From IMG/VR virus record IMGVR_UViG_3300028706_000553: DNA of 64,000 nucleotides. One strand, given 5' to 3'. The position numbers and the translations under genes are program-made. A model generated the notes under the pieces. That model worked only from the letters and a program-made list of their open reading frames with translations, ran no database searches and was not told where the DNA came from. This DNA is from a virus. This document shows positions 1 through 10,653 of the stretch, in pieces; the stretch's first letter is position 1; every line of letters begins with the position of its first letter.

Positions 1-1
1 T

Positions 2-2512
2 ACACCTTACAATAGTAGTGATGCCGGCAGAGTAGAAATAACACATTGGTTCATAGAACATGATCAAACTAATGCTTTGAACGAAAGTACTAAAATTGCA
101 CCTTGGTATCCGAATGTAATCGCAGAATATGTTATTCCAGGTCACTATGAAGGAAATGAATGTACAGGACATAGCGCCGGCGGTGGAGTTTCCCTACACG
201 GTAAGGATTCACACTATAATACAGAAAATAGATGGAACCCTCAAACTTCGACTAATGCAGCTGGGACATATGCGGGCGCACAAAGACCACCGGAAACTTT
301 CTGGGGTCTAGGTGGAGACGGTAATCCAAGTCTAGTACGTAAAGGTGGATTTGAATATTGGCCAGAAATAGGTATATTAGGAAAATATACTTCACCGGAT
401 GGTAATGAAACAATGCCATTAGTTACCACTCATGTAAGTTATGGTGAAGAAGAAGTTGAATTAATCGGTGATGCTACTATAACTGTAATAAGTTGGAAAG
501 AGCCTACACTGCCTATAAGAATGGCAACCGCGTCATTACCAAATTTAACTAGTGTTGATACATATGTTAAATTAGATGAGAGTAGGGTAAAAATACAACC
601 ATTTGATAATATGTCCATTGATAGACAAACTGTACATTGGCCAAATGCTGCAGATCGTTTAATCGCGGTAACAGTTTCAAGCACTGATTTTCTTTTTGAT
701 GGCGTAAACATTAATGATAGTGCATGGTCAAGAAAACTTATCAAGGGTGTAACATATCGTTTTAATCAAGAAGATAGTACTAATTTAGGACACCCATTAA
801 GATTTGCAAATCTTCTTGACGGTAAACATGCTGCAGGATATGTAGAAGCAACAAATCAATATCCTTATACTGCAGTTGGCACACCAGGAAGTGGTGGATC
901 ATATGTTGATTTTAAAATTCCAGATTTTGATGTAGCACATGTTGATGGTTCTGGTAGCTGGAGTAAAAATGATACAGTATGGGCTTATTGTCATAATCAT
1001 TCAAATATGGGCGGCCCAGTAAAAATAGAAGAGAAGATAGTAGTTAATGGTTCTGAATGGATGCATGTTAAAAAATCTCTGGGTGTTAATACTCCAGATA
1101 CTACTGCTTCCGGAATTTATAGAGATCCAACTTATGAATATGGACAGTCATATGCTAGACCAAAAGATAAGAGATTAAATAATCCATTAAGAACTGATAA
1201 TAAGTTTGAAGTCGCAGTTGCAAATATTAAAGCTGGACATGTTGTAGGATTAAGAACGGATGGGACAATACAACAGGTATATCAAACAGGGAATGTTTGT
1301 TTCCCAAGAATCAATTATGTTCATTCATTATTAGGAATAGTTCAATCAGATGGCGCTGTTGGGGAATTTGTTGAAGTTCATGATACTGATTCAACAGAAG
1401 AAAAAGTTTGGGATCTAGTACCTGGTGCTGAATATTATCCTAATTATAGTGCAAATTCTGCGAATCTTCAGGAAGAGGCATATGTTACAACTACTCCTCC
1501 TACAATAACTTCTGCAGATGCTCTTGATAGAATTAAATTAGGAAAAGCAGACACAAAGGATTCATTAAATTTATCTTTTCCTAGATGGGAGATATATACT
1601 TATCAAGCACATGAAAATTTAGTAGAAGGAAATGTAGTAGGTTTAATGTCTAATGGTAAGGTACAAAAAGTTTTCTGTGAAGTAGATGGAACGGCTAAAC
1701 CTCAATTAGATGGCGTTCACTCATTACTTGGTATAGTAAAAGCGGATTGTTTACTAGGAGATTGGGCTGAAATAATAACAAAAGATCAAACTCACGAGAT
1801 GGCAGCATTCTTTCAAGGTGCAGACACAAACTTTACATGGGCAACAGATACAGATCTTTATGTTGATTATAGAGATGCTTCTATAAAGCTAAATGTAGCT
1901 TATAGCAACCATCCACTTAATAAGATTGGAAAGTCACTTGCTGGACAACAAGGTACGGAACAGACGGTATTAGTGACATGCGATATACCGACACATGGAA
2001 CATATTCGCCTACATGGGATAAAACGAAAGCTAGTTGGCCATGGAATACTTATTGTAGAGTATCCACAGTTCCACATTTAGATGATATAGTAGGCGATAG
2101 CACAATAGAAGAATACGCAGGACTTGGTATAGAATTAACTATGCCACAGAATGATCACCCAGTAGAAAATCTTGAATCTGGGCAGAGCATATTATTTGAT
2201 GATATAAATATTATACTAGAAGAAGCAGATGGGATGCTTCTCGAAGATGGTGATGAAGTATTAGTAGAAGATGGTACAACTGATGCAACATCTGCCATGG
2301 GTAAATTAAAAATCGAGAATGATTATCTCTTATATGAAGACCTTATAAATACAGGTAGTGACTATAAACGTATTAATATATATAGTAGGTTTGATGCTAA
2401 ATATATTGTAGGTAATTATACCACAAGTAGTTTTAATGTACATGAGCGCGCGAATAAATACTTCCCGGAAGGACGTAGTGATCACGCAGCTCAACATGCA
2501 GTTTTAGAGTAA
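2..2512 (+). CDS. Large baseplate/structural protein, C-terminal part (gp7-like by position); 5'-truncated by the window edge
   Basis: The frame is open from position 2 (TPYNSSDAG...), upstream of the TTG at 77. It lies directly before gp8. Contains a YRFNQEDSTNLGHPLRF...YCHNHSNMGG module typical of marine T4-like structural proteins. Confidence 0.6.
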   Translation, partial: TPYNSSDAGRVEITHWFIEHDQTNALNESTKIAPWYPNVIAEYVIPGHYEGNECTGHSAGGGVSLHGKDSHYNTENRWNPQTSTNAAGTYAGAQRPPETFWGLGGDGNPSLVRKGGFEYWPEIGILGKYTSPDGNETMPLVTTHVSYGEEEVELIGDATITVISWKEPTLPIRMATASLPNLTSVDTYVKLDESRVKIQPFDNMSIDRQTVHWPNAADRLIAVTVSSTDFLFDGVNINDSAWSRKLIKGVTYRFNQEDSTNLGHPLRFANLLDGKHAAGYVEATNQYPYTAVGTPGSGGSYVDFKIPDFDVAHVDGSGSWSKNDTVWAYCHNHSNMGGPVKIEEKIVVNGSEWMHVKKSLGVNTPDTTASGIYRDPTYEYGQSYARPKDKRLNNPLRTDNKFEVAVANIKAGHVVGLRTDGTIQQVYQTGNVCFPRINYVHSLLGIVQSDGAVGEFVEVHDTDSTEEKVWDLVPGAEYYPNYSANSANLQEEAYVTTTPPTITSADALDRIKLGKADTKDSLNLSFPRWEIYTYQAHENLVEGNVVGLMSNGKVQKVFCEVDGTAKPQLDGVHSLLGIVKADCLLGDWAEIITKDQTHEMAAFFQGADTNFTWATDTDLYVDYRDASIKLNVAYSNHPLNKIGKSLAGQQGTEQTVLVTCDIPTHGTYSPTWDKTKASWPWNTYCRVSTVPHLDDIVGDSTIEEYAGLGIELTMPQNDHPVENLESGQSILFDDINIILEEADGMLLEDGDEVLVEDGTTDATSAMGKLKIENDYLLYEDLINTGSDYKRINIYSRFDAKYIVGNYTTSSFNVHERANKYFPEGRSDHAAQHAVLE

Positions 2513-2540
2513 TTAATTAATAACGATTGGAGTTATCGAA

Positions 2541-4268
2541 ATGCCGGCTTTAGTAACAAATAAATTTAGAATGTTCAATGCAAAGCAGTTTCGAGAGTCT
2601 TTTGACGAAGATTCCGGAATGACAACATTTGCGAACACAGTCGCGGGCGATACATACTTAGAATCTAATATGTATCTTTTCATCGGTGGTGTCCAGAACT
2701 GGGCTAATGTAGCAGGAGCCGCGGCAGCAGACAACGACACAACACCCCCTACACCCACCGATTCAGTATCAAATACTTATTATAATCATTGGAAAGATAT
2801 GATCGCAGCTAAAAAGGTTGTATCTACTGATGTGACACATTGTATTCCTAGATATAATTGGGCTAACAATACATCTTATTTTGCTTATGATAATACGCAA
2901 AATGCTATGCTTGCCAATACCTTTTATGTCATGACAGATGAATATAATGTATATAAGTGTTTAGCAAACAATAACACTGGTGGAACAAGTGTTGCAAAAC
3001 CAACAGGTCAAGCAGCAACTATTGTTACACCTGGATCAGATGGATATAAGTGGAAGTATATGTTCACAATTTCGGCCGCATCGGCTTTGAAATTTGTAAC
3101 CACTAATTATATTCCTGTACAACAAGTACGTTATCAGAATACTGTTATGGCATCGGCCACACAGGAAAACACCTTACAACGTGCTGTTGAAAATGCAGCT
3201 GTTGATGGTGCTATCAATATCTATAGAAAAACAGCTAACGGAACAGTTGGTGGAGCTGAATATTTAATTTTTGAAACCAACACATTGGATAACGGTTTTG
3301 GTAGTGCATATTCACATACTACTACTTCCGTACGTATTCATAGTACCGCAAGTGCTGCTGATGATGTTTATGTCGGTTCAGATATATTCTTTACATCAGG
3401 AAATGCAGAAGGACAAGGTGGAACTATTACAGATTATAATGGTACTACAAAAGTAGTTACCTTCGCGCCAGCAGTTTCATCTGCGGCCGCACAAAGTGAT
3501 AGTTTTCAAATTGCACCTAGATTACAAATATTAGGTGATGGAAGCGGAGCAAATTGTAGATCAAACGGAACTAATACTTCTGGTTTAACTGATGTTATAA
3601 CAATTGCCGCAGGTTCTGGATATACAAATGCAGCTGTTAGTGTTTTAGCTAATAGTTCTTGGAATACAGATGATGCCACAGTTCAAGCTGTTATCGAACC
3701 AAAAGGCGGTCATGGATTTGATGCCACAGAAGAATTAGGTGGATATAACGTTATGGTTAACGTTAGACTTGAAAATGATGAGTCCGGAGAATTTACAGTA
3801 GCCAATGATTTTAGAAAAATTGGTTTAATTTCACATCCGAACGCAGCTAATACAACTAATGATAATGATCTTGCTATACCAGCAACTATTTCATTGGCTG
3901 ACCAGGCACTTAGAGTTACAGTGCAATCTTTTTCAGGTTCTGCATATTCATCAGACCAATTAGTAACAGGTTCAGTATCAGGTGCAACAGGAAGAGTAGT
4001 TGACTGGACTTCAGGAACAAGTAAATTGAGAATGTCTCAAGTTACAAAAGGTTCAAATACTTCAAACGGATGGGATGGAACACCAGGTTCTTTTCAAGCT
4101 AACGAAGCGTTGACGGTTTCTGGAGGTGGAACAACCGCTAATACAAGTGCTATTGAAGGACCTGACTTGAAACAATATACTGGTGATATTCTATATGTTG
4201 AAAATAGATCACCAATTTCAAGAGCTAGTGACCAAATCGAAGATGTTAAGTTAATAATTAACTTCTAA
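2541..4268 (+). CDS. gp8: Baseplate wedge subunit gp8
   Basis: N-terminus MPALVTNKFRMFNAKQF; motifs YLFIG, PRYNW, FYVMTDEYNVYKCL, DGYKWKYMFTI; C-terminus GDILYVENRSPISRASDQIEDVKLIINF. Confidence 0.9.
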   Translation: MPALVTNKFRMFNAKQFRESFDEDSGMTTFANTVAGDTYLESNMYLFIGGVQNWANVAGAAAADNDTTPPTPTDSVSNTYYNHWKDMIAAKKVVSTDVTHCIPRYNWANNTSYFAYDNTQNAMLANTFYVMTDEYNVYKCLANNNTGGTSVAKPTGQAATIVTPGSDGYKWKYMFTISAASALKFVTTNYIPVQQVRYQNTVMASATQENTLQRAVENAAVDGAINIYRKTANGTVGGAEYLIFETNTLDNGFGSAYSHTTTSVRIHSTASAADDVYVGSDIFFTSGNAEGQGGTITDYNGTTKVVTFAPAVSSAAAQSDSFQIAPRLQILGDGSGANCRSNGTNTSGLTDVITIAAGSGYTNAAVSVLANSSWNTDDATVQAVIEPKGGHGFDATEELGGYNVMVNVRLENDESGEFTVANDFRKIGLISHPNAANTTNDNDLAIPATISLADQALRVTVQSFSGSAYSSDQLVTGSVSGATGRVVDWTSGTSKLRMSQVTKGSNTSNGWDGTPGSFQANEALTVSGGGTTANTSAIEGPDLKQYTGDILYVENRSPISRASDQIEDVKLIINF

Positions 4269-4289
4269 TATTTTACAATAAGGTAATAA

Positions 4290-7200
4290 GTGTCAGGCGT
4301 AAAAACAAATTTTAACATTGCACCATACTATGATGATTTTGATAAAGATAAAAACTTTCATAGGATCTTATTCAGACCTGGTTTCGCAGTTCAGGCAAGG
4401 GAACTTACCCAGATGCAAACCATCTTGCAAGAGCAAGTTACCAGGTTCGGTGATCATATCCTTAAAGAAGGCAGCAAAGTTTTTGGTGGAGATGTAACAC
4501 TCAATACACAAGTTAATTCTTTAAAGTTAGAATCGGCTTTTGATAGTGCTACTGTAACAGTTAGTTCTTTTGAAGGTAAAACTATTACTGGCGGCTCCTC
4601 AGGTGCCAAAGGTTTAGTTATTAGAGCAGAAGCTCTTACTGTATCAGATCAACCTACTTTAATTTTTTCTAAATTAGGTGGTGGAAATTTTTTAGATGGC
4701 GAAACAATTTCTACTTTAGAAACAACACCATATCAAGCTAATACTGTTAGTTTAAGTGGTGCCTCTGGAGTGCAGTATGCTCAGAATACGGCATCTGTCG
4801 CAAGTATTACAGAAGGGTGTTTTTATATAAGTGGATTTTTTGTTTTAAACCCCGCGCAAACTATTGCCTTAGATAAGTATAGCGGTTTACCAACAAAAAG
4901 AATTGGTTTAACAGTTACTGAATCTATTGTTCAAACAGATGATGATTCATCTATTTTAGATAATGCACAAGGTACTGCTAACTATGCGGCACCGGGTGCT
5001 GATAGATTTAAAATGGCATTGACTTTAACATCTTTAGATATAGCAACAACAACTACTGCTACAGATGGAACTGTCACAACTACTTCTAGTACTTTTACAG
5101 AATATGCTGGTGAAAAATTTATAGAATTAGTTAGAATGGAATCTGGTGTTAAAGTTTCAGAAACCAAGTTTCCAATTTATGGGGAACTTGAAAAAACATT
5201 AGCTAGAAGAACATTTGATGAATCAGGTTCATATACTGTAAGACCATTTGGAATACAATTAAGAAATCATAAAGATGGAAATACTGCTTTAATCTCTGCC
5301 GGATTAGAAGCAGGTAAAGCTTATGTAAAAGGCTATGAATATGAAAATATTGCAACACAATATATTGATGTAGAAAGAGGTCGTGATACAGCAAATGTAT
5401 CAGATTATATTGTTGCATCAGATTATGGCAATTCTTTGTATCTTAAAAATGTTTTAGGTACTTTCGATATATCCAAACATGAATTGGTGGATTTGCATTG
5501 TTGTCCTTCCGCTTCTGTTAATGCTATGTCAAATGATACTAATGCGTTAACAAAATACAATCAAACGAAGATGGGAACAGCGAGAATAAGATCGTTTGAT
5601 TGGGAACAAGCAGATCTAACTGCATCTAATACTACACACTTTCATTCAGTATATTCATCTCGAATATATGACATACGTTTAGATAAAACTATCGCCGGTG
5701 AAGTAACTGGTGAAGGTGATGATTTAACAACTCTTGGTGTCCCAGCAGGAATTACATCATATGCAAATGGAGCATATAAGGGCGCAGTGGTAACTGTTAA
5801 TACCACGAACGGCTCTACTGTTTCAAGTGATACAGTTTCGATTGCTGAATATATTGCTATAGGTTCACAACACATAATTAAAGCTAATACTGCTTTATCA
5901 CAAAAAGTATTATCAAATTCAACATTTACTATTTCTTTTAAATTTCAAGATTTAGGTTGTTTGATTGTAAAGCATGCAGCTGTAGATCAATTAACTGCTG
6001 CAAACACAACTTATGTTGTAAAAACAACATCTGCAGATATTGATAAACTATCAAAATTTAATAATGATCCTGAAGGAATAGCCCAATTATCAGGTGTAAG
6101 TAAAAATACATTATTATATCAATTACCATTTTCACCTTTGGCAACTATACCTGATGGGGTTACTTATACATATAAAACATTTCAATCGATTTCTGTACCA
6201 ATGGCAGGTGTGACAACTGTATCGACAGCTTCCGGTGCTTTTATAGGAACAGGCGCTCAGTCCGCATCAACTGCGAAAGAATTGTTTTCAGTAGCTGTTA
6301 AAACAATTGATAATGCCGCCAGCCCACCGGTTGATAATGTAACAGGAGAAGCATTAACTGAAGGGCAGTTATTAAATTTTGATGCATCTACAGGTAGAAC
6401 AGCAACTATTGATAGTCCTACTCAAACAACATTAAATTTAAATACAAAAAGTGGTGCATATCAAGTAGAAGTACTTTCAACTATTAGAACAGCTAATGCA
6501 ACGCCAAGATCAAAAACGTTAACGGTTGGAAATACAACTGTCATAGCTTCAAATACAACTATTTCTAAAGGTCAAGTTCATATTGCTGAGCCTAATAAAA
6601 AGTCCGGTAAAAAAGATAACTTGATGATATCTGATGTTGTTAATATAGCTTATATAATTGATTCTGGTGACCCTGCTCAACCGGTAGGTCAACCGATGAT
6701 AACAGCACTCAAAGATGCTGCATCAACAACTGCCGTAGACGCTACTTCCAGATATGATTTAGATAACGGACAACGAGATAATTATTATGATTGGGCTTCT
6801 ATTACATTAAAGCCTGGTCAACCAGCCCCTGCTGGACAACTATTAATAATTTGTGATCATTTTAGTAATCCTGCTTTAACACCACCAATTCAAGATGCGC
6901 TTGCTGGATATTTTTCAATTACATCATATGCCGACGTAAGTTCAAATACAGGATATCATTATGACCTACAAGGTGTTAAAAGAAAAGGATTTAATTTCTC
7001 TGCTGTTCCAAAATATACAAGTCCTACAACAGGTGAAGAAATTGAATTAAGAGATTGTATAGATTTTAGACCCACACGTTATTCTGCTAATAATGATAAA
7101 GGTTCTAATACTACAAATGATATGACATCTAATAATGCAGCGATTCCTTCTTCACAGTTGGGATCTGCCGGTGGAACACCAGACCCTGAATATACATTTC

Positions 7201-10200
7201 AATTTAATATTCAATACTATTTGGGCCGGAAAGATAAATTAACTCTTTCTAAAGATAGGAAGTTTAATGTAATTAAAGGTGTACCTGCATTAGAACCAGT
7301 TGCTCCTCCGGATGACGACGATTCTATGACATTGTATACATTAACTATTCCTCCATATACTTTTAATACTCAAGATATTAAAACAAAGTATATTGATAAT
7401 AGACGTTATACAATGAGAGATATTGGTAAACTAGAAAAGAGGATTGAAAATTTAGAATATTATACTGCATTATCAATGTTAGAAAAAGAAGCTGCAGCTT
7501 CATCTATTTCTGGCGGATCAACACAAGACTCACTCTTTAATCCTGCCGGTGATAGATTTAAAAATGGTATTTTAGTAGATGGTTTTAAAGGTCATGGAAT
7601 AGGTGACGTTATAAACAATGATTATAGATGTTCAATTGATATTGAAAAGAATGAATTAAGACCTCCATTTAAGACAGATAACTATACATTTCAAATGACG
7701 GATATTGGAGGTTCTAGTAATAATGTTCAATGGCATTATCCAGCACAAGAACTAATAACATTACCTTATACAACTGCTAATTTAGTAAATCAACCATTAG
7801 CAAGTACTTATAAAGGAGTTAATCCATTTGGTTTAGCTCAATTTACTGGTGGTATTAAAACATATCCTGATTCAGATACATGGTATGATACTGAATTCCG
7901 ACCTGAGGTATTAGTTAATATTGAAGGTGTTAATGATAATTGGCAGTTTGGAAATTATCGTGCCGGACATGGATCACAATGGGATAATTGGACTAAAAAT
8001 TGGCATGGCGAACAAATTAACCCAGAACCAGAAATAAGTGTTAAGGATGCCGGTGCAACTTCTATTGGTATAAGAAAAGCAAATCTTATTAACAAAGGAC
8101 AAACACGAAAAGGTATAACTTCAAAAAATATTCCAGACTCAATTAAACGATCATTAGGAAATAAAGTAGCAGATATTTCTATGACATTCTGGATGAAGGC
8201 ACACTTGCTAGGTTCTCAATATACACCAGATGATAATAGAATATATTTTGTAGCAAGAGGATTAAAGCCAACAACAAATGTATATGTATTTTTTGATGGA
8301 GATAATGTATCCGCAAACGTTTATCCAATGCCTTTCTTAACAATTAATGGTGTTGATACAGATAAACATCTAATGTTGGGTGAAACAATATCTGAGGGTT
8401 CGAATGTTGCGCAAATTATACTTCCACAATTAACTACTTCAGGTGGAACCGCAACTGCGTATATTAAAGTAGTTAAGGCATTAGATCTTAATGGTGATAA
8501 TGCTGATCTAGATCAAGCTTTTTCACCAGGTTCAACAACTATTCTTACATCTAATAGTGGTGTTTCCGGAGTCATATCAAATAGAACTGTGCCTACAAGA
8601 GGACAAGCAGATTATATGTCAACTAATCAAGCCGGTGAATTTGCAGGTATTCTTTCTATACCAGCAGGAGCTCACAAATCAGGTGAAAGATTATTAAGAG
8701 TTACTGATCAAGAAATAAATTCTGTTCCAGATTCAACTATGGCAGCAGAATGTACTTACACCGTAAGAGGTTTAGTAGATGGTAGAGAACCAACTTCGAT
8801 TTCAACTAGGCCCTCTGTTTCACGAAGAGAAGATGTCACTAATGAAAATGTAATAACAAGTCCTACTAGTAGAATTGAAGGTTCATCTCAGTGGATGGAT
8901 CCAATGGCTCAAACATTTATTGTTAATAAGAGTAATTATCCTGAAGGGGCTTTTATTAAATCAGTAGATTTGTGGTTTAGACAAAAAGCAACAGCTAATA
9001 GTTCAACGCCGCAATTACCTATAACGGTTCAGATTAGACCACTGATTAATGGATATCCAAGTTCAGGAACTATTATTCCACATAGTGAAGCAGTAAAAAG
9101 ACCAGAAGAAATTAATACTATAGTAACTGCTCCGGATGCTTCAAATACATCTCATTATACAACATTTGAATTTCCTGCACCAGTATATTTAACAGGTGAT
9201 GAATATGCATTGGTTGTTCTTTCAAATAGTTCTGAGTATCAATTATGGACAGCTATACAAGGATTAAGTCCTTTAACTGATACATCCATCAGTCCTAATA
9301 TTAGAATACCTAAGCAACCAAATATTGAAACAATGTATTTACCAACCAATGCGGGCATGCCACAAATGTCTCCAGGTGAATCATTGATGATGAGAGTTAA
9401 TAGGTGTCATTTTACAACACAAAATCAAGGCAACATAATTTTGATGTCTAATACACATAGTCAAAATATGGCCACATCTAATGTTTATATAGATGCATAT
9501 AAATTTAATACATCAGTAATGAATTTTGATAGTACAACAATTAATATGGCATTTAAGACTACTAATACATCTGGTGGATATTCATCAACGAATTACGTAA
9601 CAGCCGAGAAAGATAAAAACGTTAATCTTGAAGAACGAATGATGATGCAGTCTAATACAGCAAATAGTTTTAGTACACATATTACTATGAGATCTACTTC
9701 AAAATTTGTTTCACCATTGATTGATACTTCAAGATTTAGTTTAACTACAGTTGAAAATGATGTTGATAATGCAGCTCTAGCAAATTCAAATATATACATT
9801 ATTAATGCTGGCGCAGCTTATACATCTACAGCAGTAGCTACAGTTTCTGGTGGAAATGGAACAGGTGCAGAAATTGCATTAACACTTTCAGCTGGTGGAA
9901 TTTCGGGTGCAACAGTTACTAACGGTGGTTCGGGTTATACAGAAACTCCAACAATAACAATATCAGATACAGGACATACTGGAACCAATTTCGCAAATGT
10001 TGTTGTAAGTAGTGAATTAGATGCACAAGGTGGACCAATCAATGCTAAATATATTACAAGGAAAGTTAACCTTGAGGATGGTTTTGAAGCAGAAGATATT
10101 AAAGTTATCGTTCAGGCTTATAAACCAGAAAGTGCTAAAATATATGCATACGCAAAAGTTTTAAGTCCTGATGATTCCTCTGCATTTGATGATAGAGATT

Positions 10201-10427
10201 ATATCCTATTATCACAAGAAACAGCTGCTTCTGTACATTCTTTAAATGAAGATGATTATAAAGAATTTTTATTTAAATCACCAAATGATACAATTGATTA
10301 TACTGATGATTCAGGAACCAATTATAAGAAGTTTAAAACATTTTCAATTAAGTTATGTATAACTTCTACTAGTACTTTAAAAGTTCCTAAAGTGAAAGAT
10401 TTAAGAGCAATAGCATTAGATGAATAA
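4290..10427 (+). CDS. Large baseplate/virion structural protein (DUF4815/VrlC-like), 2045 aa
   Basis: N-terminus TNFNIAPYYDDFD...FRPGFAVQARELTQMQTILQ; NAPGADRFK, RRTFDESGSY, RYTMRDIGKLEKRIENLEYYT, DPMAQTF; C-terminus PKVKDLRAIAL; follows gp8; GTG start. Confidence 0.85.
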   Translation: MSGVKTNFNIAPYYDDFDKDKNFHRILFRPGFAVQARELTQMQTILQEQVTRFGDHILKEGSKVFGGDVTLNTQVNSLKLESAFDSATVTVSSFEGKTITGGSSGAKGLVIRAEALTVSDQPTLIFSKLGGGNFLDGETISTLETTPYQANTVSLSGASGVQYAQNTASVASITEGCFYISGFFVLNPAQTIALDKYSGLPTKRIGLTVTESIVQTDDDSSILDNAQGTANYAAPGADRFKMALTLTSLDIATTTTATDGTVTTTSSTFTEYAGEKFIELVRMESGVKVSETKFPIYGELEKTLARRTFDESGSYTVRPFGIQLRNHKDGNTALISAGLEAGKAYVKGYEYENIATQYIDVERGRDTANVSDYIVASDYGNSLYLKNVLGTFDISKHELVDLHCCPSASVNAMSNDTNALTKYNQTKMGTARIRSFDWEQADLTASNTTHFHSVYSSRIYDIRLDKTIAGEVTGEGDDLTTLGVPAGITSYANGAYKGAVVTVNTTNGSTVSSDTVSIAEYIAIGSQHIIKANTALSQKVLSNSTFTISFKFQDLGCLIVKHAAVDQLTAANTTYVVKTTSADIDKLSKFNNDPEGIAQLSGVSKNTLLYQLPFSPLATIPDGVTYTYKTFQSISVPMAGVTTVSTASGAFIGTGAQSASTAKELFSVAVKTIDNAASPPVDNVTGEALTEGQLLNFDASTGRTATIDSPTQTTLNLNTKSGAYQVEVLSTIRTANATPRSKTLTVGNTTVIASNTTISKGQVHIAEPNKKSGKKDNLMISDVVNIAYIIDSGDPAQPVGQPMITALKDAASTTAVDATSRYDLDNGQRDNYYDWASITLKPGQPAPAGQLLIICDHFSNPALTPPIQDALAGYFSITSYADVSSNTGYHYDLQGVKRKGFNFSAVPKYTSPTTGEEIELRDCIDFRPTRYSANNDKGSNTTNDMTSNNAAIPSSQLGSAGGTPDPEYTFQFNIQYYLGRKDKLTLSKDRKFNVIKGVPALEPVAPPDDDDSMTLYTLTIPPYTFNTQDIKTKYIDNRRYTMRDIGKLEKRIENLEYYTALSMLEKEAAASSISGGSTQDSLFNPAGDRFKNGILVDGFKGHGIGDVINNDYRCSIDIEKNELRPPFKTDNYTFQMTDIGGSSNNVQWHYPAQELITLPYTTANLVNQPLASTYKGVNPFGLAQFTGGIKTYPDSDTWYDTEFRPEVLVNIEGVNDNWQFGNYRAGHGSQWDNWTKNWHGEQINPEPEISVKDAGATSIGIRKANLINKGQTRKGITSKNIPDSIKRSLGNKVADISMTFWMKAHLLGSQYTPDDNRIYFVARGLKPTTNVYVFFDGDNVSANVYPMPFLTINGVDTDKHLMLGETISEGSNVAQIILPQLTTSGGTATAYIKVVKALDLNGDNADLDQAFSPGSTTILTSNSGVSGVISNRTVPTRGQADYMSTNQAGEFAGILSIPAGAHKSGERLLRVTDQEINSVPDSTMAAECTYTVRGLVDGREPTSISTRPSVSRREDVTNENVITSPTSRIEGSSQWMDPMAQTFIVNKSNYPEGAFIKSVDLWFRQKATANSSTPQLPITVQIRPLINGYPSSGTIIPHSEAVKRPEEINTIVTAPDASNTSHYTTFEFPAPVYLTGDEYALVVLSNSSEYQLWTAIQGLSPLTDTSISPNIRIPKQPNIETMYLPTNAGMPQMSPGESLMMRVNRCHFTTQNQGNIILMSNTHSQNMATSNVYIDAYKFNTSVMNFDSTTINMAFKTTNTSGGYSSTNYVTAEKDKNVNLEERMMMQSNTANSFSTHITMRSTSKFVSPLIDTSRFSLTTVENDVDNAALANSNIYIINAGAAYTSTAVATVSGGNGTGAEIALTLSAGGISGATVTNGGSGYTETPTITISDTGHTGTNFANVVVSSELDAQGGPINAKYITRKVNLEDGFEAEDIKVIVQAYKPESAKIYAYAKVLSPDDSSAFDDRDYILLSQETAASVHSLNEDDYKEFLFKSPNDTIDYTDDSGTNYKKFKTFSIKLCITSTSTLKVPKVKDLRAIALDE

Positions 10428-10653
10428 GATACAAACCGAAGACCCTCGTTTTGTTAGGGACATACACTCAAAGGCACTTTTAGCCACAGATAAAACTGCC
10501 CTAAATAGACACAGATCACAACGGCTAGCTGTTGAGGCCGCTCGTAAAGAAAGAGCTGAGCATCGAGCAGAGCTTGATAGATTAAGTAATACTGTGGATA
10601 AGATAGAAAAATTATTAATGAATGTTTTAGAAAAGGATAAAGATGGCAGCTAA
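10420..10653 (+). CDS. Conserved small protein following the DUF4815 gene (coiled-coil C-terminus)
   Basis: 77 aa, overlaps both neighbours; RDIHSKALL motif seen at this position in T4-like marine phages. Confidence 0.6.
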   Translation: MNKIQTEDPRFVRDIHSKALLATDKTALNRHRSQRLAVEAARKERAEHRAELDRLSNTVDKIEKLLMNVLEKDKDGS

